A stretch of DNA of 63,214 nt, filler included, from Octopus bimaculoides (taxonomy: Eukaryota): the NCBI RefSeq assembly GCF_001194135.2. It is 5 parts of 5 records of this genome, joined end to end, with 100 filler letters (N's around TTAATTAATTAA, not from the genome) between each part and the next. Parts side by side here need not be neighbours in the genome. Positions count along the whole stretch, not along the records: positions 1 to 26,136 come from NC_068997.1; 4 more parts are not named here. One strand, given 5' to 3'. Positions 10,181 through 20,544 of this stretch are shown here, piece after piece. Position numbers and translations under genes: made by a program. Under the pieces are notes generated by a model. The model saw only the letters and a list, made by a program, of their open reading frames with translations, had not been told where the DNA came from and searched no databases. Position 1 is the first letter of the stretch. The number at the start of each line of letters is the position of its first letter.

Positions 10181-13100
10181 AACCAATAGAGTGAGGCTTA
10201 TCTTGGAAGGCGGACTTCCAATATTAGGGTAGGAGATATCGCACCTGAAGTAGACCCCGCTTGGCTAGTGGCAGCCATAATAAACGGCCTGGAGGATGAG
10301 ATCAAATTTCTCCAAGCCTCAGCACTGGGACTGCAGAATTGGCAGGGGCAAGGCCTCGAAATGATAATACAGGCTACCCCAGCCGGTTTAGAAAATATTA
10401 TAGACACTGTACAGGTGGGGAAGACTAAGCTGTGAGTCACGGTAGAGGGGAGGAATGCTCTGTGCTACAACTGTAGTCAAAAAGGCCACATTAGGGCTGA
10501 GACCCATTCTCCTCACGAAAAAGCAGCGATTCCCCCCACCTGTAGAAAAACAGACAAAAACTGCAGGTGAAACGCGTGAAGAAACTTCTGAAAATGAAAC
10601 AGAGAAAGAGAGGGAGGAAACCCAAGGAAAAAGGTGGGAGATTTTCTCCAGGAAACAAAGAAAAAGACCCTCCCCATCTAACCCCACTNNNNNNNNNNNN
10701 NNNNNNNNNNNNNNNNNNNNNNNNNNNNNNNNNAGCCCCCCCCCCAAAAAAAACCCCCAGAATATACAACCACAAAAAAAAACCAGCCCAAAATGTTCTC
10801 CTATCTAAACATGGATTTGACTGCAGTTAGTGACGACTAACAAGTCATTACTGCAGTAATTAAAAGAGATGCCCAATGCGGCGAACATAACCAAAGACCA
10901 CAAGGGGAAAAATATCCTCCAAAACAATGCAATTTATAAAATAGATAGAGAAAATTATAATATGTTGGCAAATCGATATAAAAACGGCATGGGCCTTCTG
11001 AAGAAAAACTTTTCCACACTAGTGTTTGAGGGCCTAGTCAACGACACCTCGCAAGCCCGGGCGGAAAACAAAAGGAATGAGATGGACATACCATTCCATC
11101 TCAAACTGTAAGTACAACCATTATTGATATTCTTAATGCAGGGTGTTTGAATGTACGCGGCCTTTTGTCAGAGTGGAAACAAGGTCGTTTCCTTAAAGAC
11201 CTCAAGTCGCATGGAATAGATATTATAGTTGCCACAGAGTCCAGACTGAGAAGTCAAAAAACTTTTTCTCCACTACTTAATGGCTACAAGAAAATTCCTC
11301 TATGCCTATTTGGAGGAGGGAGAGGCGTCGCTGTGCTGCTCAGAAAAAAATAAAACACTGGATTTAGAGACAAGAACTATTTTGATCGACCCGGAAGGTA
11401 GATTGGCCGTCCTTCACTTGACACTGAGCAGCGTTAATGTCTTCAGGCTGGTAGCTGTCTACGCTCCCTAGGGAACTAGACAGTCTGATTTTGTTTTCGA
11501 GGCCTGAAGAAGTTTCTTGGGACGTCTCACACCATAGTAATGTTAGGTGACTTTAACGTAATCTGCGATGCACGCGTAGATTACCTTGGCTCGTCTGCTG
11601 ATAGGAGGGGAAACCCGTGCTTAAATAATCTGCTCAATCGATTTCAGCTGGCAAATAGGTACAGATTAGATGTCCCAGATGCTCCATTGTGGACATGAAC
11701 TAATAGCAATAGTTCATCTAGATCTTATTCAGACAGAATTCTAATTAGGGATATAGACGAAAACCTAGTTAGTCGTCCATGATTTCACTATACCAGCTAC
11801 AGTAACCACGAACATGTGACCTGCAGGCTGGACTTAGGTAAGTTACATAGACAGGGATCCAGCTGCTGGAAACTCAATAATTCACTTTTGGCTTATGAGG
11901 AATACAGGAGTCGGATTAGAAGTTAGTGATGAGGGCATTGTGTGGTGCCGTTGATAACAACAAATGGTAATATGCCCTCGAAAGCAAATTTGAATCTATT
12001 AGTTATAGCAAAGAGTTAGTTGCTAAAAAAAATAGAGTAGAAAGGGCTTTAGATAGGGCCCTAGACCAAGCACTGGAATCTGGCTACGCCCCCAGAATTT
12101 TAGCTGCACAAATGGTGCTTAACCATCACCTGGAGACTAAAAAGGAAGGATGCCTGATCTGGGCTAAGCAAAGTGCAATAAGACGGGAAGGAATAAAATC
12201 CGCGGGATGGACCCATGTGATAGAGGGCCAACGTGACAATAATGGCTCGATAAGGTCTTTGATGAATAATGAAAGGAACTTGGTAAACGAAGCCGAGGAT
12301 ATGTGTAAGGTCTTTCAGGAGCATTTCGCCCTGGTTTTCGGAAAGGGGTGGGCTGTAAAGTAGGAGGGACCTCACGGACTTCCTCACTGGCGTGCTGCAT
12401 CTCTTGGACCAAGAAGCGGAGTGCTGTGAGGAACTGATCACAGCTGCGGAGGTGCAGGAGGCTTTGTCAGACTGCGGCGGGGACAAGTAGCAGGGACTAG
12501 ATGGTCTCCCTCACAAGCTGTATAACACTATGCCTGACATGTTAGGGCACCTACTGGTATGCGTCTTCACCAACTGGTCACAGAATGGGTTTATACCCAG
12601 ACCTGTGATCCGGGTAGTGATGATGTTGCTTAGAAAGGACCCAAACAAGAGGATATTATAGATAATTTCAGAACCATCACTCTGCTTAACACAGAGTTGA
12701 AGATTTTAACCAAAATCTCTCCCACCTTCTGTAGGTGTTGACTCTAGAGCCCTTACTGGGGATGTTCGAGTGCTTGTGGGGCGTCCCGCGCGATCTATGT
12801 TGCAGTAGGATCTAGGCTGCAGTTTCGGCACACGCGGATGACATCATCACCATCACCGCATCCGAGATGGTACACCTACAGACGGTAGGCAAAGCCCTTA
12901 AAGACTACGTGGCAGTGGCAGGAGCAAAATTTAACCGGGATAAGTCAGTCGGCTTGTAACTCGGCATCTGGAGAAGCAAGGCAATACCTCCCTACAACCT
13001 CATAGGACGTTGGACGAAGAGGCCGGTTAAAATGCTAGGGGCTTGGTTGAGTCCAGATCTCCGGATAGGGAACAATTGGAGCGAGGTGACAAGCACGATG

Positions 13101-13451
13101 ATCCATCTAACTCAGATCGGGTCTGAGCGGTGGGTATCATTGAAAGGAAGGGCGGAGGTTGCAGGAATGTTATTGCCCATAGGATTACCTACCGCCTAAC
13201 CGTCCTGCCGTGCCCCCGTTCGTGGCTGATCAAGTTGGAGCGGCAGAAGAGTAGAAGTCCTTTTGTAAAGCGCTCTGTCTGCTTCCAGTACCTGCTAAAG
13301 GGTGAGCTAGGCCATAACTGTTGGTGTGCAGACATGCACTGAGACATCTGTGGCTCTACCTCGATGGTGAACAAACGTGGTCTTCGTTCGTTCGGTCGTT
13401 ACATCCTGAGCTTACTTGTGTGAGTGAACTAGGACCATGGATTAAGTATAG
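10181..13451 (+). mobile_element. Tx1-like LINE B: 5'-truncated ORF1 plus ORF2 (APE, internally deleted RT), 3'-truncated, decayed
   Basis: ORF1 YLGRRTSNIRVG...EGRNALCYNCSQKGHIRAE (10195-10500). ORF2 GCLNVRGL (11141)...VAVYAP...MLGDFNVI...NTELKILTK, then a deletion to LS.LL*VLTLEPLL. RT motif HADD at 12831-12842. Confidence 0.9.
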
Positions 13452-14510
13452 AACTTTGGATATTCGAGCAAGTTTGCCATTCATCATAAAAAAAAACAAG
13501 ACGTAAAGCAGCTGAAATTGTTCACGATGACAACGAAACGTTTGGTGAGGAAATGACAAATAAGAGGTCAGTTTAAAAAGGGTATAAACGATCTCACAGT
13601 GGAAACCTGAGCCTTGAAAACCATGAGCGTAGGGGACACCCATCTGTCATCAATGGCGATCAATTAATGACCGTTATTGAGAAAGATCCACGTAAAACTA
13701 CCCGAGAACTGTCAAAAGAACTTCAAGTTAGCCAGAAAACTGCCTGAAACCATTTGCATGCAATCAGAAAATCAATGAAGCTCGACAAATAGGTGCCACA
13801 CAATTTGAATGAAAATCGGAAAATGCGCAGTTATGGAATTTGCTCGTCGCTTCTTCTCTGTAACCAGATGGATTCATTTTCAACCATATTGTAACTCGCG
13901 ATGAAAAGTGGATTCTGTACAATAAAAAAAAAAAACGTTCTTTGCAGTGGTTGGACCAAAACGGAGCACTGAAAGCCTTCCCTAAACCCAAGTGATTGTT
14001 TGGTGGTGTACTCCTGGACTCATCTACCATAACTTCCTAAAACCTAGAGAAACCATTGCTGCAGAAACATATTGCCATGAAATTGCCCAAATGAACGAAA
14101 ATCTGCAACTCCTCCATCCCAGACTGGTCAGCAGAAGAGAGCCAATCATTCTTCATGGCAATGATCGACCACAGGTTTCACTAATGATGCTTCAGAAGTT
14201 GAGGAGACATGGCTATGAAGTTCTTCCCCACCCAGCTTATTCCCCAGACCTTTCTCCAACCGAGTACTACTTTTTCAAACACCTTGATGGTTTTTTACAC
14301 GAGAGAAGGAGTTCCAAAAATGAAACTGATGTTGAAAATGCTTTCAAAGAGTTCATCATCCCTAGATTTTTATGTTATCGGAATAAATAAACTTGTAAGT
14401 CATTGGCAAAATATGTTGATTGTAATGGTACTTAAATTTCCGTGTTGTTGAACTATATTGTCGTGAATTTCATGTTTCAAAACGTTGCTTACTTTTTATT
14501 CAGCTTGATA
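13452..14510 (+). mobile_element. Mariner (Tc1/mariner) transposon remnant, 5' end missing
   Basis: Frameshifted transposase with VPH (13790s), TRDEKW, MIVWW, LHGNDRP and HPAYSPDLSPTEYYFFKHL. Mariner-like 3' end finishing ...cagcttgaTA. Confidence 0.88.
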
Positions 14511-14653
14511 TTTATATAAAATTCTGCACCAACAAAATACTTACACAGTCCTTCCATTTATTTTTCCTAACCACAAACGTCTTTAGATATGTAAACATTA
14601 TAAATGGAATAAACTTCCAGTAACCTTATTTACATAATAGTCTATTTACTGAC

Positions 14654-14757
14654 CTTTACTATTATAGCAGGGATGTTGCGTGATAGTGAATCATAAACTG
14701 ACTTCAGAGTTTGAAGCTCCCCTCCAACCATTACTGCAACAGCTGGAATCGTGGCTC
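14654..14757 (-). CDS. TRPM: TRPM-family cation channel exon (end of SLOG/MHR1-2 region)
   Basis: ttttgtgacag acceptor and AAG|gtcagt donor. 104 nt, phase 1 to 0, encoding (G)ATIPAVAVMVGGELQTLKSVYDSLSRNIPAIIVK, which resembles the TRPM motif IPVVxVVVEGGxxTLxTVxxxxxxxxPVVVV. Joins in frame to exon 24713-24872. Confidence 0.85.
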
Positions 14758-14827
14758 CTGTCACAAAAGTATATACAGAAACATATAACTCAATTAATAT
14801 ACAAATTATATCTGGTTAATTTATACA

Positions 14828-15050
14828 ATATACCTGATTAGGGTAAAACATACACCCGATTACTGAATGAAAAATATACGTGATTTAATTAAAAATATAT
14901 ACCTCTTAAAGTATGAAATATAACACGATCAAGGTATAATGAATACCTGATTAAGGTACACAACATCTCTGATTCAGATATAAAGTATAACTTGATTTAG
15001 GTGTAAAATATTATGAAATATATTTGACTAATGTAAAAAGTATAAATGGA
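14828..15050. repeat. Degenerate ~22-bp minisatellite (consensus like ATATACCTGATTAAGGTAAAA), ~9 units
   Basis: Recurring tacctgattagggtaaaa / tacctgattaaggtacaa / aacttgatttaggtgtaaa at ~22-bp spacing. Confidence 0.55.
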
Positions 15051-15119
15051 CTAAACTATAAATTTTAGCATCAGTTAACTATTTTGAGGTTTTAGAAAAC
15101 ATAAATCAGTATCATAATC

Positions 15120-15720
15120 ACCATCATTATCATCGTCGTCGTCTATTCCAACATCATTTAACGTCCTCCCTACATGCTGGTATGGGTTGGATGGTTTGAG
15201 AGGAACTGAAGACCATGCTAAGCTCTACCATTTGCTTTGGCATGGTGTCTACAGCTGGATGCTGTTAATACCAACCACATTACAGAGTTTACTGAATGCA
15301 TTTTATGTGGCACCAACATCAAAGAGGTGACCAAGCAACTTGGAAAAGAAGACACTTCAACTGAGGGAGAGTGATTAATATTGAGTGAGGTGGCTTTGTG
15401 CCAGATGATAAGTTATAATATGAATAAGTAGCCCGAAACAGGTATGTTACAGTAGATGAGATACATGGCTACGCCAGGTGAAAACAGAGAGAAGAGAAGT
15501 GGGTGAGAATGTGTTGGGACATCCTGTCAGATTACAGGGAGGTATATATATGAGTAGTGGTACGGAGGACTGGATAGAGTGTGAGAGTGTGAAAGGTGAG
15601 ATGGAGAGGAAGGAAATACAGTGGGAGGTGAACATGGATAGAGGAGGGGGCATAGGAAGATATTTTGCAGGGAAAAGATTCAACATGGACACAGATCATA
15701 TGTAGAGGTTTAGACATAAA
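15120..15720. mobile_element. Decayed RTE-related tail (minus, ~15120-15430) and decayed RTE-LINE fragment (plus, ~15440-15720)
   Basis: (CAT)n followed by tttaacgtcc...ccctacatgctggtatgggttggatgg, the reverse complement of the RTE tail seen at 23900-23975. Confidence 0.55.
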
Positions 15721-16626
15721 CAACATGTCTTAACGGCCTCAATTTTACCCAGATGGACAGGTCTTCTTAAGCCTATATTACCAAACATTTCAGTTTTTTA
15801 CCATTTAATTCGACAGCATAAGAAGAAAGACATAATGCTTATAGCAAAGAAATGTTCTTCCACCGCATGCTTTTTCTGGTCTTAATCTACATACAACTAA
15901 ATCCGTAATGTCACCACACACGCTAGGCCTCCCAATTACTGCGGATCTCTCCTGGCAATCACAAATCTATAATTTATCAAACAATGTGTGTTAAAGTGTC
16001 GTCTTCCTTTTTAGAATTAGAACATACTTCAGCTCTGAAGAACTTTCTACAGTTCTAGATTGTGAAACCCGCAATGAAATACTGTCCCCACATCTGGAAA
16101 GGGGTTATACTTAAAAGTCAGAAAGAACCTATATTACCTTAGAATGAATACCATTCAGCTGATTGGTCAAGACATATTTACCATTACCCTCCAAATTCTG
16201 TCTGCCAATGCTCCCTTTCCTGATTCTATTACGTTTGCTGATATAATGGTCATTATTCCTTTCATCAACATTCGTTTTATACATAAGCTACATTCCCAAG
16301 TACTTCCTCCCCTAAATGCTAACCTTATAAAATTATTTTTTCACACATTATTGCTGTAACACATATTCCCACTGACATTGACTTGTAGCTGTCCAACGTG
16401 AACATTAACCACATCTATCCAACCATTCAGCAAAGATCATGAGTTAATTTTGCTTCAGCGCCATAGAAAGTGTATAAAGACCAAATATATATTGATTATA
16501 TCATTCGTCTTTTATCGTTTACTTGTTTCAGTCATCGGATTGCAACAATTCTGGGGAATTACCTGGAAAGGTTTAGCCAAAATATTTGATCCCAGTAATA
16601 ATTTTTTAAGCTTGGTTCGTTTTCTA

Positions 16627-16920
16627 TTTACGTTTGGGAACTGAGTTGTCCTCACAATGGTTGCATGCTGTTTACGTGAAGGAGTGCATGGTTGAGCCCC
16701 AGCTATTGATTCCCAACCAAGTCAGCAACTCAACGTCACATGATCTAACCACATTTGTTAGGGAACGTATTCTTAATGTGACCTTGTGTGCTCCGACGCT
16801 GCATGCAGAATTCTTTTCGTTTGGGAGCTGAGTTAGCCTCACAATGCTCGTACGCTGTTTACGCGACAGAGTGCACGGTTGAGCCACGACTACTGATTCC
16901 AAGCCAGAATAGCGCATGAC
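16627..16920. repeat. Left arm of a long inverted repeat built from ~180-bp subrepeats
   Basis: Reverse complement matches 17716-18007. ORFs 16672-16917(-) and 17732-17917(+) give near-identical translations (QLPNEKNSACSVG). Confidence 0.85.
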
Positions 16921-17306
16921 ATATTGTAACTTAGCAGTGTTGTCAAACTGCTAAGTTACAAGGACTTAAACAAGCCAACACCAGTTGTCATGCAGTGGTG
17001 GGGAACAAACATACGCACAAAGCCAAACACACACACGCGCATGCATATGGATATGGTATCAATAACTGTTACCAACTATAACTGTTACCAACGAAACTTT
17101 AATTGATTAATACAGATTTACTTCATTAGAAAAAAGAACATTTTTATCAGGTTAGTTCATGAACCACGACATTCAAAAACCTCCAAAAGCTAACGGCATG
17201 CGTACTTTCATGAAATAAGGGAATACAATTGGAAAAGCACAATAGCAAGCAAAAGGTAAAATAAAAGAAGTAATGGGAATAATAATAAACTGATCGTAGA
17301 ATGATA

Positions 17307-17387
17307 GAATATATAATAATCAAAATTGTATACGAATATATAATAATCAAAATTGTATAAGAATATATAATAATCAAAATTGTATAA
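17307..17387. repeat. 27-bp tandem repeat x3 (GAATATATAATAATCAAAATTGTATAA)
   Basis: Direct reading. Confidence 0.9.
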
Positions 17388-17715
17388 GAAATGAATAAAA
17401 ATAAAGGAAAATAAAGAAAATACAAGAAAGCAGTATGGTATAAATTTCAAGCCACTATTTATACCGTACAGAATAGATTAAACCGACTGTAGTTGCAGAC
17501 TCTTTCATATTTAGAATTTAAAGATTATATTCTCCTTTGTGACTGTCGGCACTACCACTACCAAACTAAACAATTACCAGATATAGGAACTACATCTATG
17601 TCATAAATTAAGCTCGTAGACGCGTTCAATAGCACCACATGAGAAAAATCTATATGAAAGAAATAGCGTGGTAAGGGGGTGGAATTGGCAAGGAAGCACT
17701 TAAAAACCACACTGT

Positions 17716-18135
17716 TGTACGATATTCCGGTTTGGAATCATTGGTCGTGACTCCACCGTGCACTCCTTTGCGTAATCAGCGTGGGACCATTATGAGGCTA
17801 ATTCAGCTCCCAAACGAAAAGAATTCTGCATGCAGTGTCGGGGTACGTAAGATCATATTAAGAATACAGTATCTAACAAACGTGATTAGGTCACGTGACG
17901 TTGAGGTGCTGACGTGATTAGGAATCAATAGTCGTGGCTCAACCATGCACACCTTCACGTAAACAGCGTCTGATCATTGTGAGGACAACTTAGTTCCCAA
18001 ACGTAAACAATTTTGCATGCAGCGTCCGAGCACGCAAAATCACAATACGGACACTGTCTCGAACAAACGTGGTTGGGTCATAAACACCATAAATTACTAG
18101 GTTAATGTACATGCGAAATTTCGGTTTGTAATCAA
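17716..18135. repeat. Right arm of the long inverted repeat (with an extra partial subrepeat to ~18135)
   Basis: See left arm. Subrepeat motif ...cagctcccaaacg / tagttcccaaacg recurs. Confidence 0.8.
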
Positions 18136-18394
18136 TAACTGAAGAATATATGTATTCACTTCGTCTCTGCTTGGAAGGAAGACTTTGAAAGTGAAACTAA
18201 AACAGAATAGTTGAATAGTTGTTCAGGGTTTAACATATTTTAGCATATTTTTCATGATATATATTGCATTCCAAACGGGTTTTTTTTACAACAAATTGCT
18301 ACCTATGGTATTCTGCGATCAGGCTATTATGCTACCACTTAGACAACACTGTCTGAAGTTTACATCGGTTCATCCAATTAATACAACCTACTAA

Positions 18395-18612
18395 CATCCT
18401 TTTCTACTCTAGGCACAAGGGCCGATTTTTTTTTCTTTTGGTTGGGAGTCGGTTAGATCGACCCTAGTACGCAACTGGTACTTAATTTATCGACCCCGAA
18501 AGGATGAAAGGCAAAGTCGACCTCGGTGGAGTTTGAACTCAGTGCGTAAAGACGACGAAACACCGTTCAGCATTTGGCCCGGCGTGCTAACGTTTCTGCC
18601 AGCTCGCCGCCT
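18395..18612 (-). mobile_element. tRNA-headed SINE (family recurring at 27190-27375, 49470-49840, 51190-51390)
   Basis: Reverse complement reads ggcggcgagctggcagaaacgttagc...gagttcaaactcc (A/B-box-like head) followed by a shared body gactttgcctttcatcctttcggggtcgataaattaagtaccag. Confidence 0.8.
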
Positions 18613-19117
18613 TCACAACCTACTAATATCATTTCAGTAGCTATCGTTTTTACCGTTTTGAACAGAAGCAATGCTTGGACCATGCATGCAGTTGTACGTA
18701 CTACAAGAAAGGGGCTTTCTGCCCGCCAAGGGCCTCATTACTCATTATGTGAAAAATTTTAAGTGTCTAAAACCATCTCTGGAACAGAAGTTAAATCATT
18801 TGAAAACTTCAGAAGTTCTGCGGGTTTATACACGCACATCCTTCGCTTTATGTATATATATATATATATATATATATGCATGTATGTATGTATGTATGTA
18901 TGTATGTATGCATATATATATAGATAGATAGATTTAAGATAATCAAATATAAAATAAAAAGACAAAAACGAGTGCATTTATATTTATAGCTTATATATTT
19001 TTTATGTATTTTTAATTTCATATCTAATTATTTCACTTGACACGTTGTCCATCTGTTTTTATTTATCTATTTGTAATTCACCTCTCTCGGAATCTGATCC
19101 TTGCGTAGATCCAAATA

Positions 19118-20368
19118 TTGGGTCATCCCATAAATAATACGGTTCTTTCAATTGCATGAACTAAAAGTAGGAGCGGGATGGGATAAACTACAAGCCTCAA
19201 CTTGTTATAAAAGCAGGTAGTAATTTTACCTTGGACTTATTTTTAGTCCAAGTTTTGAGAAGCGCAGTTCGATTTTAACAGTTATTTTTTTCAAAGCTAT
19301 AATGGAAATGACAAAGGAGCATATTCGACATACTTTGCTTTATGAGTTCAATAAAGGCAACAACGCAACGGAAAGTGTGAGGAATATTGATGCAGTATAT
19401 GGAGTTCGGACAATAACTGTAAGCCAGTGCCAACGGTGGTTCCAGAGATTCCGATCCGGAAACTACAGCCTAGAAGATAAGCCTCGTCCTAGAAGATGTG
19501 TGTAGAGCTCGACGACGACGTCCTCCAATCCCTCGTGCAACAAAATCCCATCGTAACTATTGAGGAACTAACAGAGAAGCTTGCATTTGGTCATTCAACT
19601 GCGTACCAACGGAAAAGTCAGCAAATTGGGTCAATGGGTTCCTCACAAACTTTCCAAATTTAATCGCACGCAGAGAGTAAGGGTGAGCTCTTTTTTTGCT
19701 GTCATGTCTCACGAATGAACCCTTTTTGAACCGAACAGTGACTGGTGACGAGAAATGGGTTCTCTAGAAAAATGCCAACTACCGAAGACAGTGGACAGGA
19801 AAAGGAGAAACACCGGCATCCCAGGTTAAAGAAAGTCTTTACCCACCTAAGGTATTGTTATCTGTTTGGTGGGATATGAAAGGTATAGTCTATTGTGAAC
19901 TTTTAAGCCGAAACCAAACGATAGCAAAAGAGATCTACTGCGAACAGCTTGAGCGGCTTAAGTCAGCGCTAGAAGAAAATCGGCCATCTTTGGTTTCAAG
20001 ACGAAAAGTGTTCTTTCGTCAGGATAATGCTCGGCCACATACAGTGAGGATGACATTCCAAAGGCTGGAGGAGTTTGAATGGGAAATGATACCCCAACCA
20101 CCATATACGCTGGATATTCCGCATTCTTCAAAATCATTTGGACGGAAAAAATATGAATTCTGTAGACGAGGTCAGAACAGAACTGGAGGAGTATTTTTCG
20201 TCACGGACAAGTGAATTTTGGAAGAGGGGCCTTGCAAGTCTACCGGATAGATGGAAGAGCATTGTAGAAAATAATGGAGAGTATATTTTAAATAAAAAAG
20301 AATTGTGTTTATCTTAATTTTGAAAAATAAAAGCATTAAAAAATCGCATTACTTATGAAATGACCCAA
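19118..20368 (+). mobile_element. Full-length mariner transposon (1251 bp), inactivated transposase
   Basis: TA at 19116-17 and 20369-70. TIRs TTGGGTCATCCCATAAATAAT and (rc) TTGGGTCATTTCATAAGTAAT. Transposase from ATG 19302 with HTH (RWFQRFRSG), WVPHKL, TGDEKW, LSVWWD and QDNARPH; frameshifts and stops present. Confidence 0.95.
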
Positions 20369-20544
20369 TACATTACGAACCCTGCATTTAGTACACTGTG
20401 CATTTCCTGATTAGCCCCAGGGCTAATGATGTACTTGGTCGGGTTCTATTAATCATATATATAACCTAAATATTTATCACCGCTGAATTTGTCAACATCG
20501 TAACAGGAGAATCGTTGAGTAAATATGGATTGGATGGCATGGAA

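Noticed and set aside
14545-14580. 36-nt in-frame micro-exon candidate (TFVVRKNKWKDC, gtaagt donor) 73 nt after the TRPM exon
   Set aside because: Does not match the G[ST]G..AD continuation expected in TRPM, and the acceptor lacks a pyrimidine tract.
16050-16300. Possible extra minus-strand exons (open frame YKTNVDERNND...GIHSK with gt donors)
   Set aside because: They lie between two TRPM exons that already join in frame, show no family motif, and have poor acceptors or incompatible phases.
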